A DNA stretch of 64,000 bases from an uncultured Alphaproteobacteria bacterium (GTDB lineage Bacteria; Pseudomonadota; Alphaproteobacteria; Rhizobiales; Xanthobacteraceae): NCBI GenBank assembly GCA_963810585.1, contig CAWENV010000001.1, forward strand, positions 232,596-296,595, written 5' to 3'. A program made the translations under genes and the position numbers. Positions 42,453 through 52,772 of the stretch are shown in pieces (the first letter of the stretch is position 1; the number at the start of each line of letters is the position of its first letter). The notes under the pieces are model-generated. The model ran no database searches and was not told where the DNA came from. It saw nothing but the letters and a program-made list of their open reading frames with translations.

Positions 42453-43327
42453 GGCGTTTGATACCGATGCGCGGGCACCACGGTGCGGACCACCCGACTC
42501 AGGAGGGCCCTCGCCGCACCGCGTGCAGCCGTTGCAACCGCTCCGGTCTTGGTGAGATGAACGCGTTCGCTCAGCGGGTCGCGAACACTTAAAATTGTCA
42601 GCAACCGGCTCGCCAACGACTGGATAACTGAGATTTCAAGGCTCAACCGCGTGTCGCCTACGCTCTGTGCAAATCCACGGCTCTCTTGTAGCAAGGCTCC
42701 GGTGCGCACCACCAGACCCTTTAGACATTCCCTAAGGGCCGGCCCTGCTCGCATGTCTCCAAGCACTTCGACACCAATCCCCTGCGCAGAAAGCGCGTCG
42801 AGCGGGATGTAAACACGATCGAGTTGCCGGTAGTCCGTCGCGCAATCCTGCAGATGATTAATGATTTGCAATGCCGCGCAAAGTGCGTCGGAAGCAGGCC
42901 AAGTCTCCTTTGACTCGCCATGCACATCGAGCACGAAGCGGCCGACGGGCATTGCCGATCGCGAGCAATAGTCGATCAAATCATCCCAGTCGGCGTAGCG
43001 AAGCTTTGTAGCATCTTGTCGAAACGCGCTTAGCAAGTCCTGCGCATGACGCGAAGAAAGCCCGCGCTTTTGCAAAGTCTCACGCAGTGCAACCCCTACC
43101 GGTTCCTCGTTATTTGTGCCGAGCAAGGTCGCTTCAAGATTATCGAGCCGGGCGATTTTTTCGGCGCTGGGCAATACGGCGTGGTCCGCGATGTCGTCAG
43201 CAACGCGGACAAACTCGTAAAACGCGAGAATAGCGGGTCGATACTGCGGCTTGATCAGCCAGGATGCGACTGGAAAATTCTCGTCGCTCGAACCCTTACC
43301 GGACCGAAGTTCAGCGCTGGAAATCAT
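42449..43327 (-). CDS. hpnC: Hydroxysqualene synthase
   Basis: ENFPVAS, ADDIAD, YCSRSAMPVGR, QIINHLQD motifs. Confidence 0.95.
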   Translation of the reverse strand: MISSAELRSGKGSSDENFPVASWLIKPQYRPAILAFYEFVRVADDIADHAVLPSAEKIARLDNLEATLLGTNNEEPVGVALRETLQKRGLSSRHAQDLLSAFRQDATKLRYADWDDLIDYCSRSAMPVGRFVLDVHGESKETWPASDALCAALQIINHLQDCATDYRQLDRVYIPLDALSAQGIGVEVLGDMRAGPALRECLKGLVVRTGALLQESRGFAQSVGDTRLSLEISVIQSLASRLLTILSVRDPLSERVHLTKTGAVATAARGAARALLSRVVRTVVPAHRYQTP

Positions 43328-44499
43328 TGTAAACTTGGTGCGTCAATATGCACGCGCCCCTTCCATTGGCCCCCTCGCCGCCGAAGAAACTGATAGGCCG
43401 AATTAAGTGTGTAATAAAGATAAAGCAATGCAATTCCTGGAAGCGCGATGCTCCAAAGTGGCGATACGCGGTAGAACCGCAACGTTGGTATGAACGACGA
43501 GGCCATCATGAGCCAGGTCAGTAAACCCAAATAGCGCGGCAGACCTGTGGCGGAAATCGCAAGCAACGGTGGAACAATAAAGGTCATCGCCATTCCGACC
43601 ACCGTCCCGGCGAGCAGCAGCGGTGAATACCGAAGCTGGGCGTAGGCGGACCGCGAAATCATCTGTCGGACGTCCGAAAAAGTATCATATGGGCGTATGC
43701 TGTGACTCCGTTCCGTAAGCCCGAGCCAAATCGGACCGACCTTTTTCAATTTTGCAGCTAGCGAGCAGTCATCGATTAAGGCGCCGCGAATGCTGGCAAC
43801 GCCACCAACAGCTGCGAGAGCATCCGTCCGTATAAGCATACAGCCCCCCGCGGCTGCCGCGGCGTTCGATTCAGGGCGGCAGACCCATACGAATGGAAAA
43901 AGCATTTGGAAAAAATAGATAAATGCCGGGACGTGACTCCGTTCGGCGCGGCTCTCGCACCGCAACTTTGCCATAAACGATGTGAGAACGTATCGGCCGG
44001 CTAGCGCCCGCTGGACCAACCAAGCAAGCGTATCGGGAGCGTGAACGATATCGGCATCGGTAAGCAGCAAGTAGTCAGGGTGCGATAGTTCGGCGGCAGC
44101 TATACCCTGGTTGAGTGCCCAAAGCTTTCCGGTCCACCCACTGGAAACTCCTTCACTCCTGAGCACTGTCAGTTGACCGTCGGGTACTGTGGCCCCTGCA
44201 CGCGCGGCAATTTCGGCGGTATGATCAGTGCTATCGTCGTCAACAACGATCACATTAAATAAACCGGGATACTGTTGGCGCAAAAGTGACTGCACGCTTG
44301 ATGCGATGACTTCAGATTCATTGCGCGCTGGGACGACAGCTGCCACGACCGGCCAGTGGTCCCTCCGGCCGTCAACGCCGACCGTATCTTTGACCGGGTT
44401 CAGCCAAAACTTGCCGCGGCCGACGAGAAGGTAAATCCACAAGGCTACGCCGACAATTGCCAGCACATTGATCATCAAAGGAATGGTGTCCGATTGCAT
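43324..44499 (-). CDS. hpnB: Hopanoid-associated glycosyltransferase (GT2)
   Basis: VPARNE, VDDDSTD, WTGKLWA, LTDADI, AAAGGC, LIDDC, MISRSAYAQL; immediately upstream of hpnC. Confidence 0.88.
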   Translation of the reverse strand: MQSDTIPLMINVLAIVGVALWIYLLVGRGKFWLNPVKDTVGVDGRRDHWPVVAAVVPARNESEVIASSVQSLLRQQYPGLFNVIVVDDDSTDHTAEIAARAGATVPDGQLTVLRSEGVSSGWTGKLWALNQGIAAAELSHPDYLLLTDADIVHAPDTLAWLVQRALAGRYVLTSFMAKLRCESRAERSHVPAFIYFFQMLFPFVWVCRPESNAAAAAGGCMLIRTDALAAVGGVASIRGALIDDCSLAAKLKKVGPIWLGLTERSHSIRPYDTFSDVRQMISRSAYAQLRYSPLLLAGTVVGMAMTFIVPPLLAISATGLPRYLGLLTWLMMASSFIPTLRFYRVSPLWSIALPGIALLYLYYTLNSAYQFLRRRGGQWKGRVHIDAPSLQ

Positions 44500-44723
44500 T
44501 GAGCACAGATCTTCAACATTTTGGGCGAAATTTGGTTCGCTTTATCCCATCACCAAGACGCCGGGCGCCCGGTGATCTTAGCGCTATCGCTCTCAACAAT
44601 CCAAAAATTATCGTGTGCGGGCAGCGACGGGATTCAACACGATCATTCGGGCGATCCTGCGCACTGGTCACCAGCAGAAAACGTCACTAGTCTGCGCCGC
44701 AATAACAACACGGGTCTATATTC

Positions 44724-46220
44724 ATGTTGCCTTCTTCAAGCGATGTCGTCGTAGTCGGTGCGGGGAACGCTGCTTTTTGTGCCGCCCATGCCGCAGCCGA
44801 ACATGGTGTTTCTGTTCTTGTTCTTGAACGGGCGCCTGAAACGGAATCCGGCGGCAACAGCCGCTTCACGGCGGGCGCTTTCCGTTGCGTATATGACGGG
44901 GTCGAAGATTTGCGCACTCTGATGCCAGATTTGAGCGACGAAGAAGTCGCCAATACCGACTTCGGGACTTATACCCAGGATAAATTCTTCGACGACATGG
45001 GGCGCGTCACCGAATATCGGACGGACCCTGACCTGTGCGAGCTTCTCGTCACGCGAAGCAAAGACACAATGCGCTGGATGCAGAAGAAAGGCATCCGCTT
45101 TATCCCCATCTACGGCAGACAAGCCTACAAGATCGACGGAAAATTCAAATTCTGGGGCGGGCTTACCGTGGAGGCCTGGGGCGGCGGGCCGGGCCTTGTC
45201 GAGTCGCACACAAACATTGCAAAGAAAAGCGGCGTTACAGTTGCTTACAACGCGCGGGCACTCTCTCTGATCGCCGACGACAACGGTGTTCACGGCGTGC
45301 GTGTAAAGCACGACGGAAAAACTGTCGAAGTCAAAGCGAGATGCGTTGTGCTCGCTGCCGGCGGCTTCCAGGCCAATACCGAGATGCGAACGCGCTATCT
45401 CGGCCCCACTTGGGAACTCGCGAAAATTCGTGGGACGCGATTCAACACCGGCGATGCGATTCGCATGGCCCTCGATATTGGTGCCATGCCGACCGGCAAC
45501 TGGTCAGGGTGTCATGCGGTTGGTTGGGACCGCAATGCACCTGAGTTTGGCGACCTTGCGATCGGCGATAACTTCCAGAAGCATTCATATCCATGGGGCA
45601 TTATGCTCAATGCCGATGGTGATCGCTTTGTCGACGAAGGCGCCGATTTTCGAAATTATACATATGCGAAATATGGCCGCGTGATTCTAATGCAACCAGG
45701 TCAGTTCGCGTGGCAGATCTTTGACAAGAAGATTATTCCGATGTTGCGCGACGAATATCGAATTAAACAGGTGACGAAGGTTCGCGCCGACACATTGGAA
45801 GAACTGGTAAAAAAGCTCGACGACGTAAATTCGGACCGCGCGCTGGCAACGATCAAGACGTACAACAAAGCCGTACGCACTGACATTAAGTTCGACCCCA
45901 ACATCAAGGATGGTCGGCGTACCGAGGGTCTGGCGATCAACAAATCGAACTGGGCGAATACTGTCGACGAGCCGCCATTTGAGGCCTACGCCGTAACCTG
46001 TGGCATCACTTTTACGTTTGGCGGGCTCAAAATCGATACGTTGGGCCGCGTCATCGATACCGACGGCCAGGTGATTGCTGGACTGCATGCGGCCGGAGAA
46101 TTGGTCGGTGGCCTGTTTTATTTTAACTATCCGGGCGGAACGGGACTGATGGCAGGTTCGGTATTCGGCAAAATTGCAGGCACAACAGCCGGTCAGCGCG
46201 CTGCACAAATGCCAACCTAA
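44724..46220 (+). CDS. tcuA: FAD-dependent tricarballylate dehydrogenase TcuA-like flavoprotein
   Basis: VVGAGNAA, GGNSRFT, AGGFQAN, RFVDEG, ITFTFGGL, AAGE.VGG.FY.NYPGGTGL motifs; substrate not provable from sequence. Confidence 0.75.
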   Translation: MLPSSSDVVVVGAGNAAFCAAHAAAEHGVSVLVLERAPETESGGNSRFTAGAFRCVYDGVEDLRTLMPDLSDEEVANTDFGTYTQDKFFDDMGRVTEYRTDPDLCELLVTRSKDTMRWMQKKGIRFIPIYGRQAYKIDGKFKFWGGLTVEAWGGGPGLVESHTNIAKKSGVTVAYNARALSLIADDNGVHGVRVKHDGKTVEVKARCVVLAAGGFQANTEMRTRYLGPTWELAKIRGTRFNTGDAIRMALDIGAMPTGNWSGCHAVGWDRNAPEFGDLAIGDNFQKHSYPWGIMLNADGDRFVDEGADFRNYTYAKYGRVILMQPGQFAWQIFDKKIIPMLRDEYRIKQVTKVRADTLEELVKKLDDVNSDRALATIKTYNKAVRTDIKFDPNIKDGRRTEGLAINKSNWANTVDEPPFEAYAVTCGITFTFGGLKIDTLGRVIDTDGQVIAGLHAAGELVGGLFYFNYPGGTGLMAGSVFGKIAGTTAGQRAAQMPT

Positions 46221-46406
46221 TGCGACCACAACTCGGGGCTCATCGATGCAAGACCTTTGCCGAGCCGCCGCGCCACCGATGTGAGGTGAACTTGGGACCT
46301 TTCCCACCCCGATAGACGACAGTCTTCACGGCAAGACCCTTCATGATAGCTTTCGTCGGCACCCCGCTCGATGAGGTGGGGTTCAACGTAGCAAGGGAGG
46401 GGCAAA

Positions 46407-46805
46407 ATGAATCTCGAGAAACATAGCGAGCATGCCGCACTCGTCGGCCGTATTTTTTTCTCGTCGCTATTTGTGCTGTACGGCTATTTCAAGCTGACGG
46501 GGTTCGCCGGAACGAGCGCTTACATGGCAAAACAGGGACTCCCGGCACAATCTGTTTTCGCTGCCTTGGCAGTTATCATTGAACTGGGCGGCGGCTTACT
46601 GTTGTTGGTCGGCTATCAAACGCGATTGGTCGCTCTCGGACTTGCCGTTTACGTGCTCGTGGCGGCCTTGATCGCCCACACGAACTTTGCTGACGGCAAT
46701 CAACTCTCTCATTTCATGAAGAATATGGCGATCGTCGGCGGGGCGCTTGCTTTTGTCGCATTTGGCGGAGGCACCTATTCCTTGGACGGACGAAAAAATA
46801 TGTAA
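46407..46805 (+). CDS. DoxX family membrane protein
   Basis: GRIFFSSLF, K..GFAGT..YM, IELGGG, FMKNMAI.GG motifs; GGAGG RBS. Confidence 0.9.
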   Translation: MNLEKHSEHAALVGRIFFSSLFVLYGYFKLTGFAGTSAYMAKQGLPAQSVFAALAVIIELGGGLLLLVGYQTRLVALGLAVYVLVAALIAHTNFADGNQLSHFMKNMAIVGGALAFVAFGGGTYSLDGRKNM

Positions 46806-46822
46806 ACCGTTCAAAAACTCTA

Positions 46823-46855
46823 ACCCGGCCCTTTCCAACTGGCGAAGGGCCGGGT
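46823..46855. terminator. Hairpin between convergent doxX and DUF2336 genes
   Basis: ACCCGGCCCTT-N11-AAGGGCCGGGT, a perfect 11-bp stem; no clear U-tract. Confidence 0.55.
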
Positions 46856-46862
46856 GCAGCGG

Positions 46863-48053
46863 CTATTTCGGCTGCGTTTTCGCCGCACGCTCCCGGAGGC
46901 GATAGAATTGAATTGCAGCTCGGGCCGTTTCTGGACGTAGCCGCTTGAATCTATCAAGGTACTCGCCGGATTCGCTGCTCGAATGGGGGCCAGCGCTGCT
47001 TTGCACGGTAAGAAGTGCGTGGGCCGATTTCCACGAAAAATTCATTGCCTTCGCCAAGACAATAATTTGATCGGCCGTGTCGTGAACCAAGGCTCGCTCG
47101 ATCGCTCCGATAGGCAGATCCGTCAGCAAGGACAGCGAAACGGCCGTTTCGTCAAATTGTCCTAGTTCAGCGAAGTTACAAACCTGGGTTTCGGTCAGCT
47201 CGCCGTTCTTGTACAGCTGTTCGATATGAGCGCGCGCGGTGGAAAAACTTGACGAATGCTCACGCAATTGGGTTTGAATCCGATCCGCCGCTTGCTTAAT
47301 CATCTCCCGAACCAGTTCGATCTTGCTCCGGTCTGCGGTTTCAAATTTAAGCCGTACCGTTTCCGAGGCTGTTTCGAATAACGTCAACAAATACTCACGT
47401 GGGATTTCCGGCCGCGACCACACCAACAAGGCAAGTTCGCTGTCGTTTTCTGAACGTGTCACCAACTTGGAAAAGCCGAAATCAGAAAACCGCGCGCCAA
47501 CGTTTGCGGCCGTACTGATAACAACCTTTTGATTTCCTCGCTCCACAAGAACGTCGGTGACGTCCTCACTCAGGCGATTGCGCTGCGATATCGCAAGCAG
47601 ATGTTCCTGCCCCTTCGTTTTCGCTCCGACAATCAGAGTTTCGTCGTCAAGGCAATCCGCGCGAGTAAGCAGCGGACCAGCAACGTCGATGGAATCATCG
47701 AGCGCGAGCGCGCGACTGACGACCGGTGGCGCGTTTGCAATCCTCGAGAGCCTCTCACCGAACGTGACCCTGGCCGAATGATCGATTTCGCTCACCAATC
47801 GACCCATAACATCGTCAAAAAGCGACATTTGCTCGGTATCAAAGCGATCGGACCCGGTGGCAAACAGATCCGTTATCCGTCGCAGAATTTCAGCACGCGA
47901 ACTGATATTCCTCTGCGAGATCGTGGCTTCGAGCTCATCGATAAGCGACCGGTGAGACGCAGTGCCCTTGAGATCGAGGGCTACTCGGTTCCGTCGGTCG
48001 GCGGCGGCTTCGGATTGAGACGCGAGGCTACGCGGCATCTTCAATCTCGGCAA
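46863..48053 (-). CDS. DUF2336 domain protein
   Basis: RAEILRRITDLF, FDDVMGRL, LALDDSIDVAGPLL, HLLAISQR, VTDVLVERGN motifs. Confidence 0.88.
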   Translation of the reverse strand: MPRLKMPRSLASQSEAAADRRNRVALDLKGTASHRSLIDELEATISQRNISSRAEILRRITDLFATGSDRFDTEQMSLFDDVMGRLVSEIDHSARVTFGERLSRIANAPPVVSRALALDDSIDVAGPLLTRADCLDDETLIVGAKTKGQEHLLAISQRNRLSEDVTDVLVERGNQKVVISTAANVGARFSDFGFSKLVTRSENDSELALLVWSRPEIPREYLLTLFETASETVRLKFETADRSKIELVREMIKQAADRIQTQLREHSSSFSTARAHIEQLYKNGELTETQVCNFAELGQFDETAVSLSLLTDLPIGAIERALVHDTADQIIVLAKAMNFSWKSAHALLTVQSSAGPHSSSESGEYLDRFKRLRPETARAAIQFYRLRERAAKTQPK

Positions 48054-51048
48054 TATTATAGGTGGTACCGAAATCTATTTGTTCCGGCGGACAAGGAGCT
48101 TGGAATAAAAAGCCTTGCAGCGATGTCACACCAGCCAAACGCAAAAGTCGGTATTGCTCGGCGGTTTCAACCCCTTCGGCCGTTGTCGCGATATCGAGAC
48201 TTCGCGCCAGCGTCAGGGTGGCGGCGATGATGGCGGCGCATTCCGTGCGCTTGGTCAGGTTCTGGGTAAATGACTTATCGACCTTGATCTTGTCGAATGG
48301 GAACATCATCAGCTGGCTCAGCGAAGAATAACCGGTGCCGAAATCATCAAGCGCCACGGCGATTCCGAGATTTTTGAATTGGCGTAAAATCGGCAAACAT
48401 TCTGTCGCCGACTCAATAAGTGCAGTTTCGGTAATCTCCAGCTCCAGGCGCTCCGGGGGCAACCCGGACTCGGCAAGGGCACAGACGACAATATCGACCA
48501 AATTGTTTTTTCTAAATTGCACCGCGGACAGGTTGACCGCGACTTTAACCCCCGCCGGCCAAGCCGCCGCATCGGTACATGCTGCTTGCATTAGCCACTC
48601 ACCGATCTGTGTAATCATCCCCGTTTCTTCGGCCAGCGGTATGAACTGATCGGGCAAAATGAGGCCTTTAGTCGGGTGCCGCCAACGAATCAATGCTTCG
48701 GCACCACAAATCGCGAGCGTCTTACTGTCAATGATCGGTTGGTAAAACAGCTCCAGCTCATCCTGCTGGATCGCATGCCGCAGCTCGGTCTCAAGCTCGT
48801 GACGTGCGCTCGCTGCCAGGCTCATTTCTGGATCGAAAAACCTGTAGCCGTTCCGTCCAGCCGACTTTGCGCGATAGAGCGCCAAATCAGCCATTTTCAT
48901 TAAGCTGTCAGAGCTGGTCGCGTGCTCAGGCGCCAAGGCAATGCCGATACTGGTGGCAATATTGACCTCGTTGCCATCAATATTAAACGGCTTCGAAATG
49001 ATCTCGATTATGCGATCGGCGAGTGCGATTGTAGCATCGCGCTGATTGTTTTCACGATCCTGAACGATAGCGAATTCATCACCACCAAGACGCGCCAACA
49101 CATCGGTCTCACGCAAAGATGCCTTGAGACGAACCGCGGTTTCGCGGAGCAATGCGTCACCAACGGCATGCCCAAGCGTGTCGTTGACGTGCTTAAATCG
49201 ATCGAGGTCCAGTAAAAGTACCGCAAATGGATCGCTGCGCCTGCGGTGCCGCGCTACGGCCTCTTCGATTTTCTCCATGATAGCCAAACGATTGGCGAGC
49301 CCTGTCAAGACGTCATGGTGAGCCATGAACGCTATCCGCTGCTCAGATTTTTTTCTCTCGGTGACGTCGTCGATAACGACTATGAGATACCGGGCTACCC
49401 CCTGACTGTCTCGAACCACGATGCGATTGGTGGCAAGAATGCGCGATTCTCCTGCCGGCATCTCGACTTCGTAGTCGCTGGAATAAACCCCGAATTCGCC
49501 CGCGAGAGCTTCATTGTCGGACGCATCGATGCGTTCCGCAGCGTCCGGCCTATAGATATCAAATACGGTTTTCCCCAGCGCCTCGACTCTCGGCACCTTG
49601 AGCATCACCTCAAAGGCGCGGTTTACGAGCACAAATTTGCGCGTGTTTACGTCTTTCACGACAACGGCGATCGGAATATTTTCGATAATAGAATTGAGAA
49701 ACTGCTTGGCCTCGCTGAGTTCTCGCTCGGCGTGCAGGTGCGCCGTGATATCCTGGTGAACTGCAACTGATCCACCATCTGGCATCGCCCGACGGCTGAC
49801 GGCAAATGTGCGACCGTCTTGCAGCTCATTCACGACGTAGCCGGGTTCGGGCTGGAATGCCTCCGATACCCGATCCGCAATGTATTTTTGCGTATTCTTT
49901 GGACAGCACCCGGCGGCTACTCGCGCCTCAAGAATTTGCGGCAGTGTCGTTCCCGGATTGACCTCCTCCGGTTTCAACCCATACATCGTGCTATAAAGAT
50001 CGTTTGCCAGAACAAGCTTTTTGTCCGCACCAAACATGCAAATTCCGTGCGGCATGTTTGCCAACGTTGCATTCAAAAGCATGTTGGCGCGCTCGAGCCG
50101 CTTTTTGGCGCTTTCACGCGAAAGCTGGCCCCGAACACTGAGACCCGTTACGAAAAGTATGAGTAGAGAAAGTATCGCCACCGCCAGATAGCCCGAACGC
50201 CTTTGGGCTTCGAGTCGCGCAAAAATATCATGTGCCGCAAAACTCACCGAAATGACGAACGGATAGTCGGTGACGGACCTGTAAGCTATGAGACGCCGAA
50301 CGTGGTCGCTTAGAAAACTGCTTGTATAAAACCAGCCACTCGAAGTCGCAGAAATACTTCTAAATAAATCAGAGCTTGAAAAGTCTTTTCCAAGAACTGC
50401 CTGTGTGCTTCCACTTGTAGCGCGCACAATTCCATCGAGACCGACAACTCGTATGTATCCGTCGTTGCCAATATTGACTGAATTATAGATACGCGTCAGA
50501 TACGCTGGATCCAGAGTAGCAACGATAACTCCGTTAAAGGAGCCGTTAGCGTTCTCCATACGACGCGAAAACATAAGTGACCAGTTTCCGAAAACTGGAT
50601 CGATGACGGGCCTGCTGACAAAAAACTCGTCACTTTGCTTACCGACGTGGGCACGAAAATAATCGTCGCCGCGGGAATCTAATGCTGGCCCCTCCGCGCC
50701 GGCGGTCGTCCGACCATTACGGTCGATAATGCTGACCCGTACGATGTCGCCATTTAGAATTGGGTTCGATTTCAACCAGCCCGCCAGATCAAATCTGTTT
50801 TGATCACGCGCATACAACGCCCGAATAATTTTCAATGACCTGTCAATTTCACTGAGTGACCGCGACAGATGCTCTGCAAGAGCTGCAGCGAGATTCGTCG
50901 AATTTTGAACCGCCGCGCGTTCCGCGCTTTCATGTTCGTTTCTCAGGAAAAAAAATAAAGTCAGCCACGCGACGCTAATCAGGATCGCTCCCAGTAGCAC
51001 CGATCGATGTTTAATAAGCGGCTGCCAGATTTTTTTAAACTTGCTCAT
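48028..51048 (-). CDS. Membrane Cache-PAS-PAS-GGDEF-EAL diguanylate cyclase/phosphodiesterase
   Basis: Two TM segments around a periplasmic Cache-like region; HDVLTGLANR, DLDRFK.VNDTLGH, RLGGDEF, EALIRW, DDFGTGYSSL, AEGVET motifs. Confidence 0.93.
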   Translation of the reverse strand: MSKFKKIWQPLIKHRSVLLGAILISVAWLTLFFFLRNEHESAERAAVQNSTNLAAALAEHLSRSLSEIDRSLKIIRALYARDQNRFDLAGWLKSNPILNGDIVRVSIIDRNGRTTAGAEGPALDSRGDDYFRAHVGKQSDEFFVSRPVIDPVFGNWSLMFSRRMENANGSFNGVIVATLDPAYLTRIYNSVNIGNDGYIRVVGLDGIVRATSGSTQAVLGKDFSSSDLFRSISATSSGWFYTSSFLSDHVRRLIAYRSVTDYPFVISVSFAAHDIFARLEAQRRSGYLAVAILSLLILFVTGLSVRGQLSRESAKKRLERANMLLNATLANMPHGICMFGADKKLVLANDLYSTMYGLKPEEVNPGTTLPQILEARVAAGCCPKNTQKYIADRVSEAFQPEPGYVVNELQDGRTFAVSRRAMPDGGSVAVHQDITAHLHAERELSEAKQFLNSIIENIPIAVVVKDVNTRKFVLVNRAFEVMLKVPRVEALGKTVFDIYRPDAAERIDASDNEALAGEFGVYSSDYEVEMPAGESRILATNRIVVRDSQGVARYLIVVIDDVTERKKSEQRIAFMAHHDVLTGLANRLAIMEKIEEAVARHRRRSDPFAVLLLDLDRFKHVNDTLGHAVGDALLRETAVRLKASLRETDVLARLGGDEFAIVQDRENNQRDATIALADRIIEIISKPFNIDGNEVNIATSIGIALAPEHATSSDSLMKMADLALYRAKSAGRNGYRFFDPEMSLAASARHELETELRHAIQQDELELFYQPIIDSKTLAICGAEALIRWRHPTKGLILPDQFIPLAEETGMITQIGEWLMQAACTDAAAWPAGVKVAVNLSAVQFRKNNLVDIVVCALAESGLPPERLELEITETALIESATECLPILRQFKNLGIAVALDDFGTGYSSLSQLMMFPFDKIKVDKSFTQNLTKRTECAAIIAATLTLARSLDIATTAEGVETAEQYRLLRLAGVTSLQGFLFQAPCPPEQIDFGTTYNIAEIEDAA

Positions 51049-51311
51049 TCAATCGACGCCGCTAAGCTCGAGGCATCATCGTCAATCATTTCAAATAATT
51101 AGCTGAAAGCCATTGATTTTCCGTTATTTAGAATCGAGACGTTCGCATGGACACGGCTGTTAATGCTTTATTTTGCGTAAGTCGTTGTTGCGCTGACACG
51201 CGCGCGCGCGCTGTCGATCACTCGGATAAAAGTTAATGTCGTCGCCCGGCAGGTTTATGCGATGTTAATGACGCAAGCGGAGTGGCTCGCCGGTGCGGCC
51301 AAATAAAACTG

Positions 51312-52016
51312 TTAAGCGTCGCTTTTGGACACGAGATCGCGCAACGCGTCAGGCGCATAAATGACCACGCCGCCACGCTCAAGCTTCAGCCATTTTTTTC
51401 TTTGCCATTCTTGCAATTGCTTGTTCGCGCTTTCACGCGAAACACCTATCATTTGGCTTATTTCACGCTGCGTGACATGAATTTTATTTTGCGGAGAGGC
51501 CTCCGCAGAAGGCCGATAGAGATGCAACAACGCTTTCGCAAGACGGTTTGGCAGACCCAAGAAGACGATGTCTTCAAGCTGCTCGCTCGTTCTGCGAATC
51601 CGCGAACATAATATTTTGATCAACCTAATCGCAACTTCGGGATTGTCGAGAATAACGGGAATGAAATCGCGCCGCTCAATAACCATCAGCTCGCAGTTAT
51701 CGATCGCAACAGCATCCGCCGTCCTCTGCCCGCCATCGAGAAAAGCAATTTCTCCGAAAAGTTCACCAGGAACGACTAGATTAAATATTGCGTCTTTTCC
51801 CTGTTCGGATGGAGCGCTTATTCTCACGGCTCCTAGACGAACCGCATACAGCTTCGACCCGATGTCGCCTTTGCGGAATATGACGGCGCCCTTTTTTATC
51901 TTGGTCGATATGATGCGAGGCGCCAGGCGATCAATGATCGCCTCACCTAAGTCTTTGAAAAACGGGTGGGCGCGGAGCAGCGCATGTTTATCGAAATACT
52001 GTGCCCCGATAGCCAT
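51312..52016 (-). CDS. Crp/Fnr family transcriptional regulator
   Basis: IFRKGD, GELFGEIA..DGGQRTADA, RLAKALL, HTH TQREISQMIGVSRESANKQL. Confidence 0.92.
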   Translation of the reverse strand: MAIGAQYFDKHALLRAHPFFKDLGEAIIDRLAPRIISTKIKKGAVIFRKGDIGSKLYAVRLGAVRISAPSEQGKDAIFNLVVPGELFGEIAFLDGGQRTADAVAIDNCELMVIERRDFIPVILDNPEVAIRLIKILCSRIRRTSEQLEDIVFLGLPNRLAKALLHLYRPSAEASPQNKIHVTQREISQMIGVSRESANKQLQEWQRKKWLKLERGGVVIYAPDALRDLVSKSDA

Positions 52017-52337
52017 TCTAAAGCTTACCAAAGTTTAGTTTTCAATAAAACGTAACATACGACAAAATCGTCGCATCTACATCTATTTCCCTTAACGCGT
52101 CGGTTGCTCATTATTCAGTCTAAATCGTCGCCAATCCGGTGCAGAGGTTTGGCTGATGGCGTAAAATGCGGGCTGTGGTCAACCCAAAGCGGCCGAGGCA
52201 GTCACCACAGCCGCAAAAGACTTTCACCCGGCCGGCCTAATAGTTGCGCTCGACTATGCGACCGGGCTATTATTCTGCGCTGCGCATTTGTTACCGAAAC
52301 GCCAGACCTAATTGAACGAATCTAGGGGGAGCGGACA

Positions 52338-52715
52338 ATGGCAGGACCTACCAAGACCTATGACCCCAGAAAACTCGGACACCAGGTACAGACAAATTAT
52401 GACTTCCTGGATGAGTTGTTTGGTGCGAATCAAAAGGCGTTTAGAAATAAGTTTTTCAATTGTAAAACCGAAGCTGCCTTACGAAGGATGCTTGACAAGG
52501 AAGGTGTCAAAGTTAAGCGCGGCGTTCGGATTATGCTCGTTGATGTTGAGAATGCGCGTACCAAATCTTTTAGCCGCATAAATCCGCAACGAGACGATTT
52601 CTACCTCTTGCTAATGCCTCCCGTCCCCCGCAGAAAAAAATCAAAAGACTATAAGGAAGACCAATCGTGGGAGGGCGCGTGGCATCACGCAATAGTCGAC
52701 GGTTATGGCATGTAG
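52338..52715 (+). CDS. 125-aa protein with a nitrile-hydratase-leader-like (NHLP-like) region and aromatic C-terminal tail; candidate RiPP precursor
   Basis: GGAG RBS; ..LRRMLDKEGVKVKRGVRIMLVDVE..FYLLLMPPVP followed by RRKKSKDYKEDQSWEGAWHHAIVDGYGM. Confidence 0.6.
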   Translation: MAGPTKTYDPRKLGHQVQTNYDFLDELFGANQKAFRNKFFNCKTEAALRRMLDKEGVKVKRGVRIMLVDVENARTKSFSRINPQRDDFYLLLMPPVPRRKKSKDYKEDQSWEGAWHHAIVDGYGM

Positions 52716-52772
52716 AAAGCCCCGCGGCGCCAAGAAAGGAAGCTTCATTTTCGGATTGCGAGGCGGATCTCC

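Noticed and set aside
45687-48230. Long antisense ORFs such as 45687..46307 and 47529..48230 (also 7832..8458 and 16655..17182)
   Set aside because: Shadow frames of well-supported genes, expected in GC-rich DNA.
52338-52715. Calling the 125-aa protein a nitrile hydratase alpha subunit
   Set aside because: It lacks the CxxCSC metal-binding motif, is too short, and has no beta subunit or activator gene nearby; only the leader-like segment resembles it.
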